From a virus (lineage: Duplodnaviria > Caudoviricetes): a DNA stretch of 41,990 nt. The notes under the pieces are model-generated. The model did not search any database, was not told the origin of the DNA, and saw nothing but the letters and a program-made list of their open reading frames with translations. Shown here piece after piece: positions 1-7,764 of the stretch. The DNA lies in IMG/VR virus record IMGVR_UViG_3300037424_000588, positions 1 through 41,990 of that record, one strand, 5' to 3'. The position numbers and the translations under genes were made by a program. How positions within the stretch are numbered: the first letter of the stretch is position 1; each line of letters opens with the position of its first letter.

Positions 1-169
1 GCAGGGGTGCCCGGGAGGGCCGGAGCCGCAGCAGGGGTGCCCGGGAGGGCCGGAGCCGCAGCAGGGGTGCCCGGGAGGGCCGGAGCCGCAGCAGGGGTGC
101 CCGGGAGGGCCGGAGCCGCAGCAGGGGCGCCCGGGAGGGCCGGAGCCGCAGCAGGGGCGCCCGGGAGGG
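1..169. repeat. 30-bp tandem repeat (GCAGGGG[T/C]GCCCGGGAGGGCCGGAGCCGCA), about 5.6 copies; encodes PAAAPALPG[T/A] on the minus strand
   Basis: Directly visible period-30 repeat; the same unit closes the window at 41861-41990. Confidence 0.98.
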
Positions 170-809
170 GGATGGACCCCGGCAGCGGCGTCATGCTGGC
201 TCCGGCCGGCAGCGGGGAGGCACCAAAGCCGGCGGCGGCGACGTCGGGGCCAAAACTGATCTCCTGGCCGAATGCCCGGAAGCACACCATGGAATGATTG
301 AGGTACACGCCCGGCTGGCTGCTGCTGCCGTTACCATCGACACTGAACGCCACCTCGACGAAGTGCCCCGGCTTGCAGAAATCCTTTTGCGTCACCTGCA
401 CGTAACCGGCGCCCTCCTGCTGATAGATTTTCGGGGCAAAGCCACCGGAGAATTTCAGGATCCAGTGGCCCGGCCATCCTTCCCGTTCACAGGGCTTGCG
501 GCCCTTCTTATTCGGCGTCTGGCTGTCGCCGTCCTCAATCTTCCAGGCGAAATTGTCGCCCAGCTGACCCGCGTTCGGCATGAACTGATGGCCGACGTTC
601 CAAATCTGCTGGCCCCACGCCGTGTGCGCCCAATGCGGCTCCGCGCCCTTGGGGATCGCCACGCCGAAATAGTAATTGACCCGCGGTTGCCCGGCGTTGG
701 GGCCGGTCTTGGTGACCAAGGGATTACCTTCAGCATCCGTGGTTTGCGGGTCATACAGGTTGCCGTCGACGATGCGGCCGACGGGGGAGGTGATATTCAC
801 TTTTGCCAT
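1..809 (-). CDS. Putative single-stranded DNA-binding protein, 5' part; continues across the circular junction to 41699
   Basis: Missed by the ORF track because it runs off the edge. Manual translation gives MAKVNITSPVGRIVDGNLYDPQ...WKIEDGDS...PGVYLNHSMV..., with a GGAG RBS upstream. It lies between a DUF2800-type exonuclease and DNA polymerase, where SSB-like (DUF2815-type) genes usually sit; function is inferred. Confidence 0.65.
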   Translation of the reverse strand, partial: MAKVNITSPVGRIVDGNLYDPQTTDAEGNPLVTKTGPNAGQPRVNYYFGVAIPKGAEPHWAHTAWGQQIWNVGHQFMPNAGQLGDNFAWKIEDGDSQTPNKKGRKPCEREGWPGHWILKFSGGFAPKIYQQEGAGYVQVTQKDFCKPGHFVEVAFSVDGNGSSSQPGVYLNHSMVCFRAFGQEISFGPDVAAAGFGASPLPAGASMTPLPGSIPLPGAPAAAPALPGAPAAAPALPGTPAAAPALPGTPAAAPALPGTPAAAPALPGTP

Positions 810-811
810 GT

Positions 812-955
812 TTATTTACTCCAGGAAATGTTAAGTTTAGTTGCGATTTTTACAAACAGATCGAAATCCGAAACGTACCGGAGCGCGTCGCCGTTGCTCT
901 CCACGGCCTTGAGCGCTGCCGACTCTTCGATTATTGCCGAAAATTTGATTAGCAT
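812..955 (-). CDS. Small hypothetical protein, 47 aa (MLIKFSAIIEESAALKAVESNGDALRYVSDFDLFVKIATKLNISWSK)
   Basis: Fills the gap between two co-oriented genes; AGGAG RBS before the ATG. Confidence 0.6.
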   Translation of the reverse strand: MLIKFSAIIEESAALKAVESNGDALRYVSDFDLFVKIATKLNISWSK

Positions 956-966
956 GCGAAACTCTC

Positions 967-2115
967 CTAGGTTGTGGTGCCGAACACGCGGCGCGCATCG
1001 GCGGGATTATCGGGAATCAATTTTACCGATCCCAGTGGGGTGACACTGTATGCGCTAATGACGGCCTCGTCAACACCGGCGTTTATTGCCTGTTTTGGCG
1101 TTTTTACTCCAGGTTTTGAGAGATCAACGCCCATCAACGAACCCATGGCCAACACCTGATCGACAGGCAGTGTCCAGTGCTGACGGCCATATCCTTGTTC
1201 CGTACGATGCCACGGGGTGCGGTGGCCCTGGCGGATATGCGTCGTCACGGTTTCCCGCAAACCATCGACACGAGCGTTAAGTCGTTCGAGCGACCGTTCG
1301 AGCATTTTCAGCTCAAGGCTTGCTGCGGCCGGCGACAACTCCACGGGGGCGGACTGTACTGCAAATTCCGCGTCGTGATAGCCTGCCAGTTGTAACGCAG
1401 GGCATGCGTGTTTTCCGGGGCAATCTCCACATTCAGAATTAGTGGTTGCCGTCGGATCCGGCGCCAAAGCAACCGCCGCCGCTGCGCCCAATTCGTTGAT
1501 GTGGCCGCGAAGGTCCGACCCCATGACCGACCATGTGCGAACGGGCGACCCTTTGTAAAAGCATCGGGGCTGTATGACCGTAAAATTGACTTTAATTCGT
1601 TGGTCAAATAGTCCGACGCCTTCACCGAACTTTGCCGCCAGCACGTCGATAATACCGGCGATATAGGCGACGCCCTGATCGTTCTCGTACTCGTCGACAA
1701 AACGATGCCCAAATTTGTAATCAATCACCTCCAGTACCAACGGTGATGCCGAGAACGCCCAAATATCGGGGGTGCCCCAGCATTGAGGATGGATGCGCGG
1801 AATAGCGACCGCCGCTTCGACCTGCGGTAGCCCAAAGCGCCCGGTGTCCCTCGGCATGCGGGAGCTGACCGTATCGACTACCAACTCCCCGCCCTCAATC
1901 ATTTCTTCGGTGACGAAAATGCCATTGGGAGCCTGTGTGCCCTCAGACACCGGGCGGCCTGCCAGCAGTTCAGCAAATACCCAATGCGCGGCGTTACCCT
2001 CCATGCTCGCCGGGGTATCGGGCTTCGGGTACATCTGGTTCATGGTGACCCACATGGCGCACCGTCGCCAGGCCCCAGCCCCGGAGGGCGGAAGGATAGA
2101 ATGAGCGGCGCTCAT
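967..2115 (-). CDS. DUF2800/Cas4-like PD-(D/E)xK exonuclease
   Basis: N-terminal HSILPPSGAGAWRRC, EGNAAH, GTPD..VIDYKFG catalytic motif, CxxCP..C cluster. Confidence 0.85.
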   Translation of the reverse strand: MSAAHSILPPSGAGAWRRCAMWVTMNQMYPKPDTPASMEGNAAHWVFAELLAGRPVSEGTQAPNGIFVTEEMIEGGELVVDTVSSRMPRDTGRFGLPQVEAAVAIPRIHPQCWGTPDIWAFSASPLVLEVIDYKFGHRFVDEYENDQGVAYIAGIIDVLAAKFGEGVGLFDQRIKVNFTVIQPRCFYKGSPVRTWSVMGSDLRGHINELGAAAAVALAPDPTATTNSECGDCPGKHACPALQLAGYHDAEFAVQSAPVELSPAAASLELKMLERSLERLNARVDGLRETVTTHIRQGHRTPWHRTEQGYGRQHWTLPVDQVLAMGSLMGVDLSKPGVKTPKQAINAGVDEAVISAYSVTPLGSVKLIPDNPADARRVFGTTT

Positions 2116-3011
2116 TGCCGGGACGCTATCAGGGCGTCAATGCTGGCGGCAACCTGGGGAACCAGGTCCAGGCGATTGGCCAGCAGCGGGAGCGCGGGGA
2201 CGCCAACGGCGGCGCACTTTTCGTTTATTTCAGCCTGGGTGATCTTCTGTGCCTGCATTGCGGCCGAGGCGCGGCCGACGAGACCAACGAACTGGGCGCG
2301 GGCATCACCACTCAACGGCGCGGGAGGGGCACCCGGTGCTGGGGCACCATCGGCCAAAGAGGCAGGCCCAGCCGTCACGGTTAATGCAGGCGCCGGGGCG
2401 GGGCTGGGGGCCAAAGGGGCTCCCATGACCTGCCGTAATTCGGCCTCTACTGCCGCGATCGTCGCAGCGTCTACGCCGCGTTTTGCCGTCCACGAGCCGT
2501 CGGCATTTTTGCGTTTGGTGCCCGCATGAATTCGGGCGTCCCAGGGCAGGCCGTTCTTGTCCAGGTCAACGCCGGCGGCAAGGTTCAACGGGACTACAGG
2601 TGCCGGAGGGACAGGCGCCACGGGCGCGGGACTCACTGCAGGGGGAGGCGGTACGGGGGCTCCGGTCGAAATAGCCGGCGGCGCCGCGGGGACAGTCGGC
2701 AACGGAGCGGCATCCGCAGTAGAGGGGGCAGCGGTCGCCCCCGGCGGCAAAGGGAGAGGGTTGCTCCCGAAGGCAACGGCGGCGGGGTCCGGAATGCCAA
2801 ACGCGACATTGGGCAGCGTGCTGTCCTGATCGTGCTGAAGCTTAGCAAGCTCGGTGGCGGTGTCGCCCATGCCGGCGGTGGGGGACTCATGCGCGTCCTT
2901 ACCGCACGTTCCGGCACAAATCTTGCCGGGGTAAGCCAGAATAAAACCCGCAACCGCCTCGCGTTGTTCCTGCGAGAGCGCCGCGGGATCGACGTTAATT
3001 TGCATGCTCAT
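2112..3011 (-). CDS. Pro/Ala-rich conserved phage replication-module protein
   Basis: AAGGAG RBS before MSMQINVDP; DKNGLPWDARIH..KNADGSW motif; stop overlaps the next start. Confidence 0.7.
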   Translation of the reverse strand: MSMQINVDPAALSQEQREAVAGFILAYPGKICAGTCGKDAHESPTAGMGDTATELAKLQHDQDSTLPNVAFGIPDPAAVAFGSNPLPLPPGATAAPSTADAAPLPTVPAAPPAISTGAPVPPPPAVSPAPVAPVPPAPVVPLNLAAGVDLDKNGLPWDARIHAGTKRKNADGSWTAKRGVDAATIAAVEAELRQVMGAPLAPSPAPAPALTVTAGPASLADGAPAPGAPPAPLSGDARAQFVGLVGRASAAMQAQKITQAEINEKCAAVGVPALPLLANRLDLVPQVAASIDALIASRQ

Positions 3012-3036
3012 TTGATGCGTCTCCTTAAAATTTGGA

Positions 3037-3080
3037 TTGACTACGGGACAAAGCCTATTTGATAATGACGCCATCGTCAA
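3037..3080. promoter_or_regulatory. Overlapping divergent sigma70 promoters with a TGACG-N4-CGTCA palindrome
   Basis: Plus strand: TTGACT(3037)-N18-GATAAT(3061). Minus strand: TTGACG(3080-3075)-N17-TAGGCT(3057-3052). Located at the strand switch. Confidence 0.7.
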
Positions 3081-3096
3081 CAGGAGAATATTTAAC

Positions 3097-3315
3097 ATGA
3101 TCCGCGATAAGATCAGAAAACCAGGACGGACGCTGGCCCGACTCGTCCGCAAGGCAATCGGCGCCGAGCATTACGAATGGTGCGAACAGAACGCGGACGA
3201 TCCCCGTTATGATCTGGCCCAAGGCATCTGCGATGCCGACGATCTCCCGGCCAACGTAAGATTACAATGCGATGCGTATAATGGGCCCTTTTATGCATGC
3301 GAGTGGCCGTTATGA
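3097..3315 (+). CDS. Hypothetical protein, 72 aa
   Basis: AGGAG RBS; stop overlaps the next ATG (ATGA). Confidence 0.65.
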   Translation: MIRDKIRKPGRTLARLVRKAIGAEHYEWCEQNADDPRYDLAQGICDADDLPANVRLQCDAYNGPFYACEWPL

Positions 3316-4502
3316 TTTTGAACCTCGATTGCCGCCATGGGCTCGCGATGCTCCCGGATAATAGCATTGACGCCATAGTGACCGATGCCCCGTATGAACT
3401 CGGATTTATGGGCAAAAGTTGGGACCGCTCGGGAATTGCGTTCGATCGTTCCGTATGGGCTGAGGCGTTGCGTGTACTGAAGCCCGGCGGACACATGTTG
3501 GCGTTTTCAGGGAGCCGCACTTATCACCGCATGGCCGTTGCGATTGAGGACGGAGGTTTCGAAATCCGCGATCAAATCATGTGGATCTATGGATCGGGGT
3601 TCCCAAAATCGTTGGACATTTCGAAGGCGCTAGACAAAGTGCTGGGCCACGAGCGGCAAGTCGTGGCCCAGCACTACCGGGCAGCAACGGGTCGCGATGA
3701 GGGGTATGGTTTCGGGGAATCCTTCGACATCACGGTCGCCTCATCTATCGCCGCGCAACTGTGGGAGGGTTGGGGCACCGGTTTAAAGCCCGCCCATGAA
3801 CCCATTTGTGTTGCCCGTAAACCTCTGATCGGCACGGTAGCCGATAACGTTATGGCATGGGGCGTCGGGGGCATCAATATTGACGATTGTAGGGTATCCG
3901 CCCGCGTGCCGGGGGAAGAAGGCCGGTGGCCGGCAAATCTCATTCACGACGGATCGCCGGAGGTTCTGGCGATGTTCCCGGATGCGGCGGGACAGCTGGG
4001 GCAAATAACAGGCGTCGAAGAGAGCCCGGCCAGCACCGGCCATGTGGGGGGATATCGGGCGCGGGTTCCTAGCGCAGAACCTCGCGGCGCTGCCACTATC
4101 GCCGCGAGGTTCTTCAAGCAAATCGAATGGACGCAGGACGATTTAGAGGCAGCTTTATTTTACTATTGCGCCAAAGCCTCACGTAAAGATCGTGACGAGG
4201 GGTTACAAGGAATGCAACCTCGCGTTACCAATGACGGACGAGCGGTGGCCGCGGATAACGCCTATCAGCGCGGGAAAACTTTACGACTCAACCATCATCC
4301 GACCGTCAAGCCAACCGAATTAATGCGATACCTGTGCCGGCTTGTTTGCCCTCCCGGCGGCACTCTCCTGGACCTGTTCGCTGGCAGCGGCAGTACCGGC
4401 AAAGCATGCGCTATCGAAGGGTTTCAATTCGTCGGCTTTGAGTTGGACGCGGAAATTATTGATGTAGCCAACGCCCGATGTGAGTACGCAAAATGCCTGT
4501 AG
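3312..4502 (+). CDS. Site-specific DNA methyltransferase (N6-adenine/N4-cytosine, beta-type motif order)
   Basis: IDAIVTDAPY (motif IV), WIYGSGFPKS, HPTVKP, LDLFAGSGSTG (SAM-binding motif I). Confidence 0.9.
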   Translation: MILNLDCRHGLAMLPDNSIDAIVTDAPYELGFMGKSWDRSGIAFDRSVWAEALRVLKPGGHMLAFSGSRTYHRMAVAIEDGGFEIRDQIMWIYGSGFPKSLDISKALDKVLGHERQVVAQHYRAATGRDEGYGFGESFDITVASSIAAQLWEGWGTGLKPAHEPICVARKPLIGTVADNVMAWGVGGINIDDCRVSARVPGEEGRWPANLIHDGSPEVLAMFPDAAGQLGQITGVEESPASTGHVGGYRARVPSAEPRGAATIAARFFKQIEWTQDDLEAALFYYCAKASRKDRDEGLQGMQPRVTNDGRAVAADNAYQRGKTLRLNHHPTVKPTELMRYLCRLVCPPGGTLLDLFAGSGSTGKACAIEGFQFVGFELDAEIIDVANARCEYAKCL

Positions 4503-6244
4503 CATTGCGACCCTTTCAAACGGCATTGGAGCGCGATATTTATCGCGCGTGGAACTCGGGTGCACGCAATGTCATGCCGGTGGCGGCCACGGGGTCGGGC
4601 AAAACGGTGGTCCTCTCCAAAATTCTATACGATGAGCCCGGCACGTCGGCTGCTATCGCGCACCGCCAGGAATTGGTAAGCCAAATTTCCGTTGCCTTGG
4701 CCCGCAACGGCGTTCGCCATCGAATTTTAGGAGCCAAAAAGGGATCGAATCTGATACGGGTCATCAGTGCACTGCATGTCGCTGAACTTGGATATAGCCT
4801 CTTCGATCCAAACGCAAAGACGGGTGTAGGTGGCGTCGATACCGTGATCCGTATGGATATTGGCGATCCGTTTTTCAAACAGACCGCCCTTGTGGTCCAG
4901 GACGAAGCGCATCATGTGCTGAAGGCCAACAAGTGGGGGATCGCAGCAGGCATGTTCCCCAACGCGAGATCACTTCTTCCGACGGCAACGCCGTTGCGGG
5001 CAGATGGCAAGGGCCTTGGGCGACACGCCGACGGGCTTGTCGACGCCATGGTGTTGGCGCCGTCCATGCGCGACATTATCAACATGGGGTATCTGACAGA
5101 TTATCGTATTTTTGCGCCCCCTTCAGATATCGACCTGACACAAGTCGCATTGAGCCAAGCAACTGGCGACTATAACAAAGACCAGTTGTGTAAAGCTGTC
5201 CACAAATCCCACATTACCGGGGACGTAGTTACACATTATCTGAGATTGGCGCGGGGTAAGCTGGGCGTGACCTTCGCCGTCGATGTCGAATCGGCGACGG
5301 AAATTGCGGCGGCGTTCCGCGCCAAGGGCGTTCCTGCCGAGGTAGTGAGCGCCAAGACCCCGGACGCCCTACGCTCCCAAATTCTCCGTCGATTCAAGGC
5401 CCGTGAGATTTTGCAATTAGTCAATGTCGATTTGTTTGGCGAAGGCTTCGATCTCCCAGCCATTGAGGTTGTGAGCTTCGCCAGGCCGACAGAATCGTTT
5501 GCCCTTTACTGCCAACAGTTCGGCAGAGCATTGCGCCTGATGCTATCCAAGGAGGCCGCCGCCGTACATGCTAACCTGACGGACGAAGGGCGCCGGGCGG
5601 CGATTGCTGCCAGCGAAAAGCCCGTCGCGCTCATCATAGATCACGTCGGCAACGTAATACGCCACGGGCTTCCTGATGCTCGCCGGGAGTGGTCGTTAGA
5701 TCGCCGGGAGCGCCGGAGTAGCGGCAAATCCGACGCCATCCCGATGCGAGTTTGCGTGAATCCTGAGTGCATTCAGCCATACGAGCGGATCCATAAATGT
5801 TGCCCCTATTGCGGCCACTACCCGCCCCCGCCGAACAGGAGCGCCCCGGAGTTTGTCGACGGCGACCTGTTAGAGTTGGACGCCGCGACCTTGGCGGCAT
5901 TACGCGGAGAAATTGCCCGCATCGACGGCGACCCTGTTATTCCGTATGGGGCAGCACCCGAAGTCGTCGGGGCCGTGCGCAAACGGCACTGGGAACGGAA
6001 GGAAGGGCAGCACGCCTTGCGCAATACGATCGCATGGTGGGCCGGCCTTGAGCACGCACAGGGGCGCAGCGAGTCCGAGAGTTACCGCCGGTTTTATCAT
6101 CGCTTCGGGGTTGACGTAGCGAACGCCCAAACGCTCGGAACACGCGACGCCGCGGAACTCGCCGCCCGTGTGATTACGGAACTCGCTAAATATGGTATTG
6201 ATGGCACCGTAGACGCGGCGGCCTATTTTTCTACTCGGGAGTAA
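4493..6244 (+). CDS. Superfamily 2 (DEAD/DEAH-like) helicase with C-terminal Zn ribbon
   Basis: ATGSGKT, DEAHH, TATPLR, EGFDLP, QQFGRALR, CPYCG. Confidence 0.92.
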   Translation: MPVALRPFQTALERDIYRAWNSGARNVMPVAATGSGKTVVLSKILYDEPGTSAAIAHRQELVSQISVALARNGVRHRILGAKKGSNLIRVISALHVAELGYSLFDPNAKTGVGGVDTVIRMDIGDPFFKQTALVVQDEAHHVLKANKWGIAAGMFPNARSLLPTATPLRADGKGLGRHADGLVDAMVLAPSMRDIINMGYLTDYRIFAPPSDIDLTQVALSQATGDYNKDQLCKAVHKSHITGDVVTHYLRLARGKLGVTFAVDVESATEIAAAFRAKGVPAEVVSAKTPDALRSQILRRFKAREILQLVNVDLFGEGFDLPAIEVVSFARPTESFALYCQQFGRALRLMLSKEAAAVHANLTDEGRRAAIAASEKPVALIIDHVGNVIRHGLPDARREWSLDRRERRSSGKSDAIPMRVCVNPECIQPYERIHKCCPYCGHYPPPPNRSAPEFVDGDLLELDAATLAALRGEIARIDGDPVIPYGAAPEVVGAVRKRHWERKEGQHALRNTIAWWAGLEHAQGRSESESYRRFYHRFGVDVANAQTLGTRDAAELAARVITELAKYGIDGTVDAAAYFSTRE

Positions 6245-6249
6245 AAATT

Positions 6250-6911
6250 ATGCGAAAGCTGTCCGTACTTGTTGCATGCGAAAAATCCGGAGTTGTCCGC
6301 GACGCCTTCATTGCCCGGGGTCATTACGCCATGAGTTGCGATATTGACCCGACCGAAACGCCGGGGCCGCACTACCAAGGGGACGTGCGCGACGTACTTT
6401 GCGCCCCGTGGGATATCCTCATTGCCCACCCGGAGTGTACCTATCTGTCCGGGAGCGGTTGGCATTGGGTCACACGGGGGCGAATTGAAGCCGACGGCCG
6501 TCCTAGAATTGAGCATGTGAAGGAAGCCTTGGCGTTTGCCCGAATGTTCATTGACGGCCCGGAAACCGCCCACATTCCATGCCGCGCGGTTGAAAACCCG
6601 ATTGGTCGACTGTCGACCCTTGTGCGAAAGCCCGACCAGATAATCCAGCCCTATGACTTCGGGGACGATGCCAGCAAGGCGACTTGCCTTTGGCTTCACG
6701 GGTTGCGCCCTCTTGTGCCGACCGGCCGGTTCCCCGGGCGCCGCGTTACGTGGAAGGGTAAGGAGGTCGAACGTTGGCGCAACCAAACGGACAGCGGCCA
6801 AAACGTCCTTGGGCCGTCGGCCGATAGGAAGAGAGAGAGAGAGAGAGAAGCAAGACTTATGCCGGGATTGGGGCGGCCATGGCGGACCAATGGGGCGGGA
6901 GTTTAATATGA
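6250..6911 (+). CDS. Dcm-like cytosine methyltransferase family protein; C-terminus frameshifted at a (GA)9 tract (current frame stops at 6906)
   Basis: VLVACEKSG..RDAF, SCD, AHPECTYL (PC-like catalytic Cys), VENP. The expected tail RSKTYAGIGAAMADQWG is in another frame. Confidence 0.7.
6831..6848. repeat. (GA)9 dinucleotide microsatellite
   Basis: Directly visible. Confidence 0.95.
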
Positions 6912-7393
6912 CCCCCGCGATCTATCAATGGGCCATCCGCCATGGGGTGACAGCACAGGCCCTTAACGAGCTGCAAGCGCTCTTTGGGCTACATGGGGGC
7001 GACCCTCTCCCGTCCACGATCAAAGGAACCAGTGAGGCCGCAGTACAAGCCGCCGTGCGCCTGGAAGCCGCCGGCAAGGGGGTGCGCCTGTTCCGCAACA
7101 ACGTCGGCGTACTGATGGACATTACGGGGCGCCCGGTGCGCTTTGGTCTGGCGAACGACTCCAAGCAGATCAATGAGGTGCTGAAATCGTCGGATCTCGT
7201 CGGCTGGAAGCCGGTTTTGATCGAACAGCATCACGTTGGGACGGTCATCGGGCAAACCGTCTTGCGTGAATGCAAAAAAGTCGGATGGCGATATACCGCC
7301 GATCCCCACGAAGTCGCTCAACTGAATTGGCTCATGCTGGGCACGGCGAGTGGATGCGACGCGGCATTTTGTACCGGAACGGGAACCCTCTAA
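6908..7393 (+). CDS. VRR-NUC family nuclease (putative resolvase)
   Basis: SEAAVQ, LFRNNVG, RFGL, SSDLVG, ECK motifs. Confidence 0.85.
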   Translation: MTPAIYQWAIRHGVTAQALNELQALFGLHGGDPLPSTIKGTSEAAVQAAVRLEAAGKGVRLFRNNVGVLMDITGRPVRFGLANDSKQINEVLKSSDLVGWKPVLIEQHHVGTVIGQTVLRECKKVGWRYTADPHEVAQLNWLMLGTASGCDAAFCTGTGTL

Positions 7394-7400
7394 TTTATCG

Positions 7401-7430
7401 TTGACGGTATCGTCAATATCGCCCTATTAT
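7401..7430 (+). promoter_or_regulatory. sigma70-like promoter overlapped by the palindrome TTGACG-GTAT-CGTCAA
   Basis: TTGACG-N18-TATTAT upstream of the TetR-like gene. Confidence 0.65.
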
Positions 7431-7457
7431 AACCCGACTTCTATCGAGTATCTGACA

Positions 7458-7760
7458 ATGCGAAAAAAGCCCGACGATCGTAAACTGGAAATTCTGACTG
7501 CCGCGCTTACGGTTGCGGCCAGGCCCGGAGGATGGGCAAAGTTGACGCGCGATGCTGTCGCCAAGGAAGCCGAATGCGCCCAAGGGTTGCCGTCTCGATA
7601 TTTCGGCACAATGGCCACTTTTAGGCGTGCAATTATGCGGGCGGCGATTTGTGCCGAAAATCTTCCGGTAATTGCCCAAGGGCTGGCTGCCGGCGATAAA
7701 TGTGCCCTGAAAGCCGACCCGGAGTTAAAGGCCCGCGCCTTACGTACGCTGGTCGAGTGA
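7458..7760 (+). CDS. TetR-like HTH transcriptional regulator
   Basis: RKLEILTAAL...LTRDAVAKEAECAQGLPSRYFGT matches the TetR N-terminal HTH pattern. Confidence 0.75.
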   Translation: MRKKPDDRKLEILTAALTVAARPGGWAKLTRDAVAKEAECAQGLPSRYFGTMATFRRAIMRAAICAENLPVIAQGLAAGDKCALKADPELKARALRTLVE

Positions 7761-7764
7761 TCGT

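Noticed and set aside
1-169. Tandem repeat as a CRISPR array or true terminal repeat
   Set aside because: No spacers; the unit is a multiple of 3 inside a CDS; the end identity is best explained by assembly overlap
7-1043. Plus-strand ORFs 7..297 and 294..1043
   Set aside because: Antisense shadows of the minus-strand SSB-like gene and repeat; the minus frame has the RBS and operon context
967-2115. Cas4 as evidence of a CRISPR-Cas system
   Set aside because: No other cas genes or array; typical stand-alone phage exonuclease context
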